The notes beneath the pieces are model-generated. The model did not search any database. It was not told the origin of the DNA and saw only the letters and a program-made list of their open reading frames with translations. The translations under genes were made by a program, and so were the position numbers. From an uncultured Acidimicrobiales bacterium (GTDB lineage Bacteria; Actinomycetota; Acidimicrobiia; Acidimicrobiales; UBA10347), in contig CALSSD010000010.1 in NCBI GenBank assembly GCA_943788915.1, positions 744,001 through 808,000 of the forward strand: DNA of 64,000 nt, written 5' to 3'. This document shows, in pieces, positions 44,578 through 54,193 of the stretch. Position 1 is the first letter of the stretch. The number at the start of each line of letters is the position of its first letter.

Positions 44578-46068
44578 ATGACGACTGAATTATTTGCCGC
44601 CGAAGCAATGGCTGACCCGCTCCTCGATTTGATGGGCGGGTTCATCCAGGAGCTTCGCGACGCCGGCTTGCCGGTCAGTCTCACCGAGAACCTCGATGCC
44701 ATGGAGGCCGTGCGTGCGATTCCCATCGAGGATCGCACCACGTTCAAATACGCGCTTGGCGCCACGTTGGTTAAAAGCCACCAGCATTGGCCAGCGTTCG
44801 AGACCGTCTTCGACGTCTACTTCTCGATCCGAGGGCCCGAGTATTCGTTGACGAACGACGACGATCCCGACGGCCAAGGCGAGGGCGAAGGCGAAGACGG
44901 TCAAGAGAACGATCAGGCCGAAGGTAGCGGCTCAGAGGCCGGTGGCGGTGGCGGCGACGCCATGTCCAACGAGGATCTCGCCGAGATGCTGTACCAGGCG
45001 CTTATGCGCCAGGACCAGAACCTGCAACGTGCGGTCGCTCGGACCGCCGTGCAGCGTTTTGCTGGCATGGAACCTGGTCGCCCGGTTGGCGGCACCTACT
45101 ACTTGTACCGCACCCTGCGGAACCTTGATCTCGATGGTGTGCTTGAGCGTTTGCTCGAAGCCGACCGCGAGAACAACGAGGGTCGCAGCGGCCTCGATGA
45201 TCGTCTTGCCAAAGACGAGTACGAGAGTCGGATCGAGAAACTCAAGACGGAGATCGAAGCAGAGATCCGCCGCCGACTGGTGGCAGACCGAGGCGTCGAG
45301 GCTATGGCCAAGACGCTCCGCAAGCCCCTGCCCGAAGATCTCGACTTCATGCATGCGACCCGCGACGAAATGGAGACGCTACGCAAAGCTATTGCGCCGC
45401 TGACCCGCAAGCTCGCAATCCGGCTTGCTCGCAAACGTCGTCACAAGAACAAGGGTGGTCTGGACTTCCGCAATACGATCCGCCGGTCACTGAGTTACGG
45501 CGGAGTTCCTGCCGAACCGCGGTTCAAACACCCACGGCCATCCAAACCCGAGATCGTGATCTTGGCAGACATCAGTGGTTCGGTCGCAGCATTCGCTCGG
45601 TTCACCCTCCACCTCGTGTACGCCATGAGCGGGCAGTTCTCCAAGGTCCGTGCGTTTGTGTTCATCGATGGTCTTGACGAAGTAACTCGCTTCTTCGACG
45701 GCCACGAAGACATCACCGCAGCCGTGCACCGGGTGAACACCGAGGCCGACGTCGTCTGGGTCGATGGCCACAGCGACTATGGCCATGCGTTCGAAGTGTT
45801 CGAGAAGAACTATCTCAAGACGGCAATCACCTCGAAAACCACGGTGATGATCCTCGGCGACGCTCGCAACAATTACCACGCTGCCCAAAGCTGGATCATC
45901 CAAGAAATGAAACGCACTGCCAAACAGGTCTTTTGGCTGAACCCGGAACCCGGCAGCTACTGGGACACCGGCGATTCAATCGTCAGCGAATACGCCCAGT
46001 ACTGCGACGGCCTGTTCGAAGTCCGTAACCTGCGTCAACTCGAAACCTTCATCGAAGCCGTTCTGTAA
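44578..46068 (+). CDS. VWA-domain protein, CoxE-like
   Basis: DISGS MIDAS motif, SDYG, LGDARNNY, WLNPE. Confidence 0.92.
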   Translation: MTTELFAAEAMADPLLDLMGGFIQELRDAGLPVSLTENLDAMEAVRAIPIEDRTTFKYALGATLVKSHQHWPAFETVFDVYFSIRGPEYSLTNDDDPDGQGEGEGEDGQENDQAEGSGSEAGGGGGDAMSNEDLAEMLYQALMRQDQNLQRAVARTAVQRFAGMEPGRPVGGTYYLYRTLRNLDLDGVLERLLEADRENNEGRSGLDDRLAKDEYESRIEKLKTEIEAEIRRRLVADRGVEAMAKTLRKPLPEDLDFMHATRDEMETLRKAIAPLTRKLAIRLARKRRHKNKGGLDFRNTIRRSLSYGGVPAEPRFKHPRPSKPEIVILADISGSVAAFARFTLHLVYAMSGQFSKVRAFVFIDGLDEVTRFFDGHEDITAAVHRVNTEADVVWVDGHSDYGHAFEVFEKNYLKTAITSKTTVMILGDARNNYHAAQSWIIQEMKRTAKQVFWLNPEPGSYWDTGDSIVSEYAQYCDGLFEVRNLRQLETFIEAVL

Positions 46069-46162
46069 CTTCGGGCTTGCTGCGCTGCGCCCTTGGCGTT
46101 GGCACGCAGCACTTACGGGGTCGGTTGGGGCGGTCCGTTGTAACTTCGGGCTTGCTGCGCTG
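46064..46162. repeat. 24-bp direct repeat x2 with 51-bp spacer
   Basis: TGTAACTTCGGGCTTGCTGCGCTG at 46064-46087 and 46139-46162. Confidence 0.9.
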
Positions 46163-46188
46163 AGCATCCAACTACACGTCCGGTGGGA

Positions 46189-46632
46189 TCAGAGGGTGAG
46201 GAAGTGAGCGCCGGGGCCTTGTTGGGCAGCCACGTCATCGGGGTTGAAGACATCGCAGCTGTCAAGTGATTGGCAGCCGCAGCCAATGCACCCGGCCAGT
46301 CGATCTCGAATGCCAACAAGCGTCGCTATCTGCTCATCTAGAAGTGGCCGCCATGCCTCGGCAAGTCGCTGCCATTCTTCCTGGGTGGGTGCCCGGTGTG
46401 CAGGCAGAGCATCGAGGCTTTCCTTGATCTCGGCCAGCGGCAAGCCAACCTGTTGGGCAGCTCGGATGAACGAAACCCGGCGCAGCACATCTCGGGCATA
46501 ACGACGTTGACCACCAACGGTTCGCAGCGATGAGATCAAACCTTTGTCCTCATAAAAACGCAGTGCTGACGTCGCAAGCCCGAGCCGTTCGCTTGCCTGA
46601 CCGATCGTTAAGTACTCCTCAAGTTCAGGCAT
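46189..46632 (-). CDS. soxR: Redox-sensitive activator SoxR
   Basis: MerR HTH (SALRFYE, GQRRY) and GCIGCGCQSLDSC 2Fe-2S motif. Confidence 0.96.
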   Translation of the reverse strand: MPELEEYLTIGQASERLGLATSALRFYEDKGLISSLRTVGGQRRYARDVLRRVSFIRAAQQVGLPLAEIKESLDALPAHRAPTQEEWQRLAEAWRPLLDEQIATLVGIRDRLAGCIGCGCQSLDSCDVFNPDDVAAQQGPGAHFLTL

Positions 46633-46666
46633 TCCCGTCTCCCGCAACTATGTCGTCGGTGTTGGT

Positions 46667-46697
46667 TTGACTTCAACCATACTTGAAGTTCTATGGT
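46667..46697 (+). promoter_or_regulatory. SoxR-type promoter and operator
   Basis: -35 TTGACT, 19-bp spacer, -10 TATGGT; dyad ACTTCAA-ccatac-TTGAAGT at 46670-46689. Confidence 0.88.
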
Positions 46698-46704
46698 CAC
46701 CGTC

Positions 46705-47172
46705 ATGGATGCAGAATCTCCAACAACCGACCCACGATTGACCATCGCTTTTGTGCAGTCATGCTGGCATCGAGACATCGTCGATCAGGCACGCGACGGC
46801 TTCCTCGCCGAGGTCGGCGACAAGGCCAACGTTGAAATCTACGAAGTGCCGGGTGCGTTCGAATTGCCGCTTCATGCCCAGTGCCTTGCGAATTCCGGGC
46901 GTTTCGCGGCAGTGGTAGCTGCCGGTTTCGTTGTAGACGGCGGTATCTATCGCCATGAGTTTGTGGCCGATGCTGTGATCAGTGGTTTGATGCGGGTACA
47001 ACTGGACTCAGGTATTCCGGTTTTCTCTAGCGTGCTCACGCCACAGCAGTTCCACGAGAGCCAGACACACATCGACTTCTTTCGCGACCACATGGTGCAC
47101 AAGGGCCACGAGGTTGCCGACACTTGCCTGCAAACACTCGAAGCGCGTGCACAGGTACTCGCACTCGGGTAG
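46705..47172 (+). CDS. ribH: 6,7-dimethyl-8-ribityllumazine synthase, type II (RibH2-like)
   Basis: WHRDIV, VPGAFELP, VDGGIYRHEFVA, VLTPQQFHE. Confidence 0.92.
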   Translation: MDAESPTTDPRLTIAFVQSCWHRDIVDQARDGFLAEVGDKANVEIYEVPGAFELPLHAQCLANSGRFAAVVAAGFVVDGGIYRHEFVADAVISGLMRVQLDSGIPVFSSVLTPQQFHESQTHIDFFRDHMVHKGHEVADTCLQTLEARAQVLALG

Positions 47173-47548
47173 CCGTCGGCTACCAGTCGAGTGGGCGTCG
47201 AATGACGAAGCGTTCTTCGACGTCGCATAGGCCACGTCTGCCATCGTCGGGCCTCGGGTCGCAGACGTCGCAGCGACGAAGAGGGGACAACGACCCGAGT
47301 CGGTGTGGCCATCGATGCAGCACCTGTTGCACGGGGCCCCACAAGGTGGTTCCGGCGGCGAGGTCGTTCTTGGGCCGGTACATATGGCCAGACGTATCGC
47401 CAGACCCCCCGGCGACGTCGAGAGCGGCCAAGAGCAGCAATCCCAAAGCGCCGCCAGGACCACGGGCCTGGAGGTGGCTGTGGTTCAGGTGAAGAGAGAC
47501 GCTGCCATAACCGAAGTGTGCGCCCAACGCCAGACCTCGAGTGTGCGT

Positions 47549-48310
47549 CTAGCGGAGGTCTCGCAGCCAACCAAGGCCCTGCTCGACCGAGGCTGCAGGA
47601 CGGTATTCGGCGCCGAGTGGGTGCGTCCAGCCGAGTTCGTCGAGGAGCGCAAAGACTGGCGCATAGTCCAAGTCGCCGTGATCAGGTTCAGCCCGGTCGG
47701 GGACAGAGGCGAACTGCACATGACCGAGAATCGGCAAGAGCTGGGGCAGGAGCTCGAGGACATCGGCGCCACTCCTCGCCGCGTGGTAACAATCGAACAT
47801 CAGCTTCAGGTTGGGTCGATCGACAGCGTCGATTACGCCAGCAGCATCGGCGGTGTTGTGGAGGTAATACCCAGGTGTATCGATGGTATTGAGCGGCTCG
47901 ATCAGGATGGTGATGTTGTGTGGGGCAGCCTGTTTACATGCATAACGAAGATTGCCGAGGAAGGTCAAGAAGGCGACGGGTAACGGGGGAGTGACACCCG
48001 CCATGACGTGCACCGCCTGAGCCCCAACACTTGCGGCGTAGCGCACCGCCTCGTCTATAGCGAGCCGGGCCTCGACAGCGCGTCCGGGAACCGCAGCAAG
48101 TCCGAACTCGCCGTCGCCACCCTTACGAGTGTTGAGTCCGAGCATCACCATGCCAGTTTCGGCAAGCGCCGCCTTGGTCTCGTCGATTGGTGTGTCGTAC
48201 GGCCAGTGGCACTCAACTGCGTCGAAACCGGCCGCAGATGCGGCGCGAATGGCGTCGGGAAGAGGTCGGTCATTCCACAAGAAGCCAAGATTCGCTGAAA
48301 ATGTTGCCAT
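47549..48310 (-). CDS. hyi: Hydroxypyruvate isomerase family
   Basis: FSANLGFLW, GFDAVECHWPY, IEPLN, MFDCYH, PDRAEP. Confidence 0.9.
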   Translation of the reverse strand: MATFSANLGFLWNDRPLPDAIRAASAAGFDAVECHWPYDTPIDETKAALAETGMVMLGLNTRKGGDGEFGLAAVPGRAVEARLAIDEAVRYAASVGAQAVHVMAGVTPPLPVAFLTFLGNLRYACKQAAPHNITILIEPLNTIDTPGYYLHNTADAAGVIDAVDRPNLKLMFDCYHAARSGADVLELLPQLLPILGHVQFASVPDRAEPDHGDLDYAPVFALLDELGWTHPLGAEYRPAASVEQGLGWLRDLR

Positions 48311-48374
48311 GTCCGTCGAAGTTACTGGCACACGCGGATGTCGAGCGCCACCCCGAACGTTCAACTATCCGGAA

Positions 48375-48782
48375 CTAGTCCCAGCGGGTCGGCTTCTGGC
48401 GAAGTTTCTTCGTTTTAGCGTCGCGCTTTTTGCCATCGAGACGCCGCCGTTGGGAACCCCTCGACGGTTTGGTCGCCTTACGCTTACGTTGCTGCACCAG
48501 TGCCGCTCGGACCTTGGCCGCTAGTCGCTCAGCAGCGAGATCCTTGTTGCGCAGCTGTGACCGATTGTCATCGACGTCGGCCCGCACCACATCGCCAAGT
48601 TTGGATTGCAAACGAGCACGAACGCCCTCGTTCAAAACCTCAGACTCGGCGATGTTCCAGCTCAGCTGAACCCGGGTGCTCGACTTGTTCGCATGCTGGC
48701 CGCCAGGCCCGCCCGACGTTGTGTATTTCCAGTCGAGCTCGGTATCGGGGATGACCAGCGACTGGTTGATCTCGATGGCCAT
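48375..48782 (-). CDS. arfB: Alternative ribosome rescue factor ArfB
   Basis: [17 protein letters not shown], basic tail RKATKPS. Confidence 0.95.
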
Positions 48783-48882
48783 GGTGTAAAGCGTGCCACG
48801 ACCCGGTGGGTATTGCTGTGATTTGAAGGGGATGACGCGAAGATGTGCGTCACAGGCCCATGACGAGGCTTGACTAGCAGAC

Positions 48883-49420
48883 ATGCACACGTTGAAGATC
48901 ACAGCAATTGTTGGCAGTCTCCGAAGCAAGTCGGTAAATGGGGCGGTGGCCCGAGCCGCCATCGAGGTGGGCTCCACACATGCCGAGATCGAGCTGTTCA
49001 GCGTGGCCGATGTGCCGCTGTACAACGGTGACATCGAACAAGTGGCGTTACCCGCAGCGGTGCAGGCGCTTCATGACTCGGTAGGTGCTGCCGACGGCGT
49101 GTTGCTCTTCTCGCCTGAATACAACGGTTCGTTTCCTGCGGTGACCAAGAACGCGATCGACTGGTTATCTCGTCCGCCACGTGAGTTGGGAGGGCACCCC
49201 CATCTCCATGGTGGTCACCACGCCGGGTGTTCGCGCGGGTGCGAGCCTGAGAACCCACTTCGAGGCAATCATGGCTTTCCAGCCAGTGCGGCTCTTCCCC
49301 TCGCTTGGTATCGGTACGTGCGGCGAGAAGATTACCGACGGTGAACTCAGTGACGCTGTAGCTCGGGCGGAGCTCGGCAACTTTGTCGCCAGCTTCGCAG
49401 ACTTCTGCCGTCAGGAATAA
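48883..49420 (+). CDS. NADPH-dependent FMN reductase; apparent extra base near 49186
   Basis: [24 protein letters not shown]; continues in the next frame WEGTPISMV. Confidence 0.85.
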
Positions 49421-49464
49421 CGACGAGCGGAGCTGCGGCCGGAGCGGACCGGCGAACCGTGGTG

Positions 49465-50946
49465 TTATTCGACGATCGTTTCGATGATGGTCACCGACTC
49501 GATGAGCTGGCCGGGACCAGTTGGGTTGGCTGGATCCCGCAGCTCAATGTTGTCGACGATTTCGATGCCTTGGGTGACTTCGCCGAATATCGTGTGAAGA
49601 CCGGTTAACCATTCGGCGGCTGCGAACGTGATGAAGAATTGGCTGCCGTTTGTGTTTGGCCCGGTGTTTGCCATTGCCAGGAGTCCCTTGCGGTCCATGG
49701 CAGCGCCACTCTCGAACTCGTCTGCGAACTGATACCCGGGGTTGCCTGTGCCTGTGGCTGTGGGGTCACCTGCCTGAGCCATGAAGCCAGCGAGCACACG
49801 GTGGAACACGATGTTGTCGTAAAAGCCGTCTCGGGCGAGTTGGACAAAGTTGTTCACGGTCAGTGGCGCTGAATCGGCGAACAATTCGATGCGGACCTCG
49901 CCGCCGCCGGTCGCCAGCACGGCTTCGTACCTGGCCGCAGGATCGAGCACCATCGGAGGGGCACTGGTGTAGATCCTGTTTCGAGCTGGCGGCTGCACAC
50001 CGGCGAGATCACCTGAACCAGCCCATGGAACGAAGGTGTCGGGCACCGACGGGGCAAGATCACTGGTCAAAATCTCGGAGCACTGTTGGATAAATGGGTC
50101 GATCACCGTGTTTGCCGGGACCCCACCTCCAACAAACAAGTCCCAAAATTCTTGAGAGACTTCGCTGGGGCTCAGAACGTCGACCAGGCAGTCGCGATCG
50201 ACCACGGTGGTGAAGTTTGTTGACTGTTCCGCCTGCCCTGCGAAGAAATCTGACAACGAGCTGATTGGCGCACACGACGCGAGTGAATCGACCAGACTGT
50301 CTACCCCGGCAGGATCGAGGCGGAACTGATAGGTCAGGGCGACGAAGTTGTAAAATGTCGTGTCACCAGTCGTGGCCTGGTCGAAGCGTTCAACCAAACA
50401 GGGTGGTGCTGTCTGTTGCACCTCGCCTTGAGGGCCAATTGCCTGGGTCGCCCAGTCGGCAAGACTGAGGGTGTCGATACAGCCGTTCATGGCAAAGGTC
50501 AATGCCCGGAGTTGGCTGTCATCTACGCGGCCCTGTGCAACCGAAGGGGTACGAAGGCTGGCTTCAAGAACCTCGTCTTGTTGGGTCTCCGCAATCATGC
50601 AGCTGATCCAGTCAGGCTCGGGATCGATATTGAAACGGGCACGTATGAATGATTGAGCGGTCGTGCGTGGATCTGCATCGAGGACTTCTGGTGGTTCATC
50701 TCCGTCGAGCCCAGCAATGGCGGCATTGGCCGCTTCGTCGTCTTCAGGCACCGGGATCGACGTTGGCGGTTGTGTGGACCCGCCGGTGTCGCTGCTGTCT
50801 TCCTCTTGGTTGGCTTCGGACGTGGGTGTGTCTTCGACAGTGACCCCTGCCTCGAGGGCAGTCTCGCCGTCGGACGAAGAACATCCAGCGGCGATGAGTC
50901 CAACCAGAAGCAACGGCAGAAATAGGCGGCGAGCGCGCAAAGTCAT
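49465..50946 (-). CDS. Lipoprotein with C-terminal cyclophilin-type PPIase
   Basis: Lipobox IAAGC; APLTVNNF, FHRV, QAGDP, AMAN, NGSQFFIT, HTIFG. Confidence 0.92.
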   Translation of the reverse strand: MTLRARRLFLPLLLVGLIAAGCSSSDGETALEAGVTVEDTPTSEANQEEDSSDTGGSTQPPTSIPVPEDDEAANAAIAGLDGDEPPEVLDADPRTTAQSFIRARFNIDPEPDWISCMIAETQQDEVLEASLRTPSVAQGRVDDSQLRALTFAMNGCIDTLSLADWATQAIGPQGEVQQTAPPCLVERFDQATTGDTTFYNFVALTYQFRLDPAGVDSLVDSLASCAPISSLSDFFAGQAEQSTNFTTVVDRDCLVDVLSPSEVSQEFWDLFVGGGVPANTVIDPFIQQCSEILTSDLAPSVPDTFVPWAGSGDLAGVQPPARNRIYTSAPPMVLDPAARYEAVLATGGGEVRIELFADSAPLTVNNFVQLARDGFYDNIVFHRVLAGFMAQAGDPTATGTGNPGYQFADEFESGAAMDRKGLLAMANTGPNTNGSQFFITFAAAEWLTGLHTIFGEVTQGIEIVDNIELRDPANPTGPGQLIESVTIIETIVE

Positions 50947-51020
50947 GGCGCTTCTTGTATCAGTTCTGGGGGCGTTTTCCTGTGCACCAGGGCCGTTTCG
51001 GCCAGATTCGGGTGCGCCGT

Positions 51021-52194
51021 CTACAACGTTCCGAGCCGGTGACGCAACGGTGCGGTCGCTGCGAGTAGGCCGGTGACACAGGTGATCACGACCAGAACTG
51101 TTGTTGTCCCAAAGGAAGGACCCAATGAACTCACCACGAGCGGCATGGTCATACCCGCATAGGCCAGCAGGTAAAACGTGGAACTGAGCGCACCCCGGCT
51201 GTTCGGATCTGTGAGTTGACCGACCAATGTGAGGCCAGCAATCGAGATGACTCCACTCGCAGCGCCGAGCACGATCGCTGCTGGCCACACGAGCGGCCAA
51301 CTGCCGGTGACAAAGGCGATGGTTCCCAGCACGTAACCGGTTGTGCCGATTGCAGCTCCCCACCCCATAGCGACCTGGGTGGGGATCCGGTTGATCAGTG
51401 GCCGCGACAGCAGCCCGCCCCACGCAGTGGACATGCCAGACAGGCCGGTTACCACCACCGGGCTGGCGTCGACAGTGTCGCTCAGTAGGACCGGGAACAA
51501 GGCAAAGGCCATCGATGGAAAAGCGAAAATCAGGATGGCAAGCGGGCCGATGTACCAAAGGAACTGGCGGCGGGCCGTGGCCGGAATGCCAAAACGGATC
51601 GCTGGTCGCCACGGTCCACGGGCAGCCTCTGCGGCAACGTCCACTGTCTCATGAACGCTTGCCACCGCAGGGATGATGGCAAGCGTTAACACAATATGAA
51701 AGACAAACGGAACGATGAGCGGGGAAGGGCCGAGCCACTCATAGAGCACAGACAGCGGTGGGGCAGCACCAAATCCGCCATAGGTCACGAGTGTGGCTAC
51801 AAGGGCTGCCTTGTGTTGTTGCGCTGGACCCATCAGTTCTTGAAGCCATGCGGCACCAACACCTAACCCGAGACCGCTCACCACGCCGAGTATGACCCGA
51901 CCCATCAGTAGTAGCGCAAAGCTGTCGCGGCCACCGATCAGGACTCGCTGAACCAAGGGCCGACAGGGCAAGTGAAGCGATGAGCAGTCGTCTGCGACCG
52001 TAACGGTCGGATAGCTGACCGGCGAGCATCAACGTGCTCAAAATCCCAACGACGTAGACCACGAAGATGAGCTGGGTTGCGTTTGCACTCAGGTCGAGAC
52101 GATCCCGATACAACACCAGGAACGGTGTCGACACGTTTGTGCCGTAGCCGACCACAAACAGGCCGAGCGCGACAAGAAAGGTATCCCGCTTCAT
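51021..52194 (-). CDS. MFS transporter; apparent extra base near 51946
   Basis: GQLSDRYGRR motif A; two TM-rich ORFs join at GSA/VLIGG. Confidence 0.85.
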
Positions 52195-52249
52195 CTTGTG
52201 ATCCGTTGATCCGTCTGGTCTGTAGTCACCGTCAGGTAACGACGCTTGG

Positions 52250-53590
52250 TTAACGCTGGAGGAACTCGGCGACGCGGAATGCAAGGTCGATCGACTGTTT
52301 GCCGTTCAGACGAGGGTCACAAATCGTTTCGTAACGGTGCTCGAGATCGGAGTGATCCAAGTCCTCGCCTCCACCCAGGCACTCGGTGACGTCTTCACCA
52401 GTGAGCTCGATATGGATACCGCCAGCCCAGGTTCCAACCTGGTCGTGGGCAGTGAAGAAACCTTCGACCTCGCGGCAGATGGCGTCGAAGTGGCGGGTCT
52501 TGAGGCCAGTGTCGCTGGTGAAGGTGTTGCCGTGCATTGGGTCACATGCCCATACCACTGGATGATCGGCGTCTTTCACTGCCTGAAGGAGCGGCGGCAG
52601 GTTCTGACCAATTGTGTCGGCGCCCATCCGAGAGATCAGCGTGAGGCGTCCTGGAATCTGTTCGGGGTTGAGCGTTTCGCAGATGCTCAGCACTTCTTCT
52701 GGAGTTGCAGTGGGGCCAACCTTGCAGCCCAGCGGGTTTTTGACCCCACGCAGGAACTCGACATGTGCACCGTCTAGCTGGCGGGTGCGTTCGCCAATCC
52801 ACAACATGTGAGCCGAACAGTCGTACCAGTCACCTGTCAGGCTGTCTTGGCGAGTGAGCGCCCGTTCGTAGTCAAGCAGCAGCGCTTCATGGCTGGTGTA
52901 GAAATCAACCTCTTCGAGCCGCGAGTCATCGATGTCGATGCCACAGCTATTCATGAAGTGCAACGCGGATTGGATGCCGTCGGCGAGCTGCTGGTAACGC
53001 TTGCCTTGCGGGGAAGCAGCGACGAACTCCTGATTCCATGAGTGGACCTGGGCCAGGTTGGCAAAACCGCCCTTGGTGAATGCGCGCAGCAAGTTGAGTG
53101 TGGATGCGGACTGCTGGTATGCCTGCAGGAGTCGTTCGGGATTCGGGATGCGAGCCCCTTCGCCGAACTCCGGGTCGTTGATGATGTGGCCCCGGAACGA
53201 CGGCAGTTCAACACCATCGATGGTTTCGGTGTCGCTGGAACGAGGTTTGGCGAACTGGCCGGCGATGCGGCCAACCTTGACTACAGGAAGCCCGCCGGAA
53301 TAGGTGAGCGCTACCGCCATCTGGAGGATGACCTTGAGTCGGTCACGGATGCCGTCGGCCGAATAACCGTCGAACGACTCGGCACAATCTCCTGCTTGCA
53401 GCAGAAACGCACGGCCTTGCGCTACTTCACCGAGTGCTTCGGTCAGATCGCGTGCTTCACCAGCGAAGACCAGCGGGGGGAGCGTTGCGATCTTGTCGAG
53501 CACACCGTTGAGCGCATCGGCGTCTGGCCAAGCTGGCTGTTGCGCCGCGGGGCGGTCGAGCCAGGTGTCCGGTGTCCATGTGATGCTCAT
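52250..53590 (-). CDS. Class II DAHP synthase
   Basis: LLQAGDCAESF, GRIAGQFAKPRS, WIGERTR, DPMHGN, CDPRLN. Confidence 0.97.
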   Translation of the reverse strand: MSITWTPDTWLDRPAAQQPAWPDADALNGVLDKIATLPPLVFAGEARDLTEALGEVAQGRAFLLQAGDCAESFDGYSADGIRDRLKVILQMAVALTYSGGLPVVKVGRIAGQFAKPRSSDTETIDGVELPSFRGHIINDPEFGEGARIPNPERLLQAYQQSASTLNLLRAFTKGGFANLAQVHSWNQEFVAASPQGKRYQQLADGIQSALHFMNSCGIDIDDSRLEEVDFYTSHEALLLDYERALTRQDSLTGDWYDCSAHMLWIGERTRQLDGAHVEFLRGVKNPLGCKVGPTATPEEVLSICETLNPEQIPGRLTLISRMGADTIGQNLPPLLQAVKDADHPVVWACDPMHGNTFTSDTGLKTRHFDAICREVEGFFTAHDQVGTWAGGIHIELTGEDVTECLGGGEDLDHSDLEHRYETICDPRLNGKQSIDLAFRVAEFLQR

Positions 53591-53719
53591 AGGGCACCAT
53601 TGTGCCCGGGATCGGCTGCTGGTTGCACCGAATTGCCTGTTGAGATGTGGGGTCTGGGCGTCGCCGTCTGGTTCGACGAAGATTAGCGCCCTACCCGCTA
53701 GCGGCCGGCTAACCCTCGG

Positions 53720-53935
53720 CTACAGCCTCAGACAAACGCAGTTATGGAACGGCCTGGCGGCCCACAGCGTCGACTTGGTCACATCGTGCACCTGCGAGTC
53801 GACACGATGCACTGCTTGGTCGAGTTCGTTCGCCCCATCACAGTTCTGGAGGACGTCTTCGAGCCGACGCAGGAATTGGTCGTCGTGAGCGGCCGTAATC
53901 CTTGCCGAAATCTCACGCAGGCCGACGCTGGGCAC
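53720..53935 (-). CDS. Possible small hypothetical protein; start uncertain
   Basis: Codon pattern matches neighbouring genes and peptide looks helical; no recognisable motif. Confidence 0.35.
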   Translation of the reverse strand: MPSVGLREISARITAAHDDQFLRRLEDVLQNCDGANELDQAVHRVDSQVHDVTKSTLWAARPFHNCVCLRL

Positions 53936-54121
53936 GGCGGTGGCGGGTGAGACGAATAGGTTGGCGACGCGTACCGATGTGAACCAGACAGACGGCCGGA
54001 ATCCCGTGGTCGCAGGCGGACACTCTCATGTTCTTCGCAGCGGCCACGCCCCTGTCCAGGCCGCTGCGCAAGCTTTCGTCCGAGTTGGGGACGGGACCGT
54101 CGCCGGAGCTCTCGTGCTCGG

Positions 54122-54160
54122 AAAACGCAACAACCGCAAGGCCAAAGGCCCTGCGGTTGT
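54122..54160 (-). terminator. Intrinsic terminator after the fasciclin gene
   Basis: Minus strand ACAACCGCAGGGCC-ttt-GGCCTTGCGGTTGT then TGCGTTTT. Confidence 0.8.
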
Positions 54161-54193
54161 GGGTCTTGGAGGGGAACTAGTTACACGGTGTGG

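Noticed and set aside
46064..46162. Mini CRISPR array
   Set aside because: Only two repeats, one overlaps a stop codon, and no cas genes or leader are present.
47180..47545. Gene between ribH and hyi
   Set aside because: Several competing minus-strand frames and none has a clear start or motif.
54026..54028. TGA upstream of the 53720 ORF (R-T-*-E-C) as Sec
   Set aside because: No redox motif spacing, no clear hairpin and no credible upstream start.
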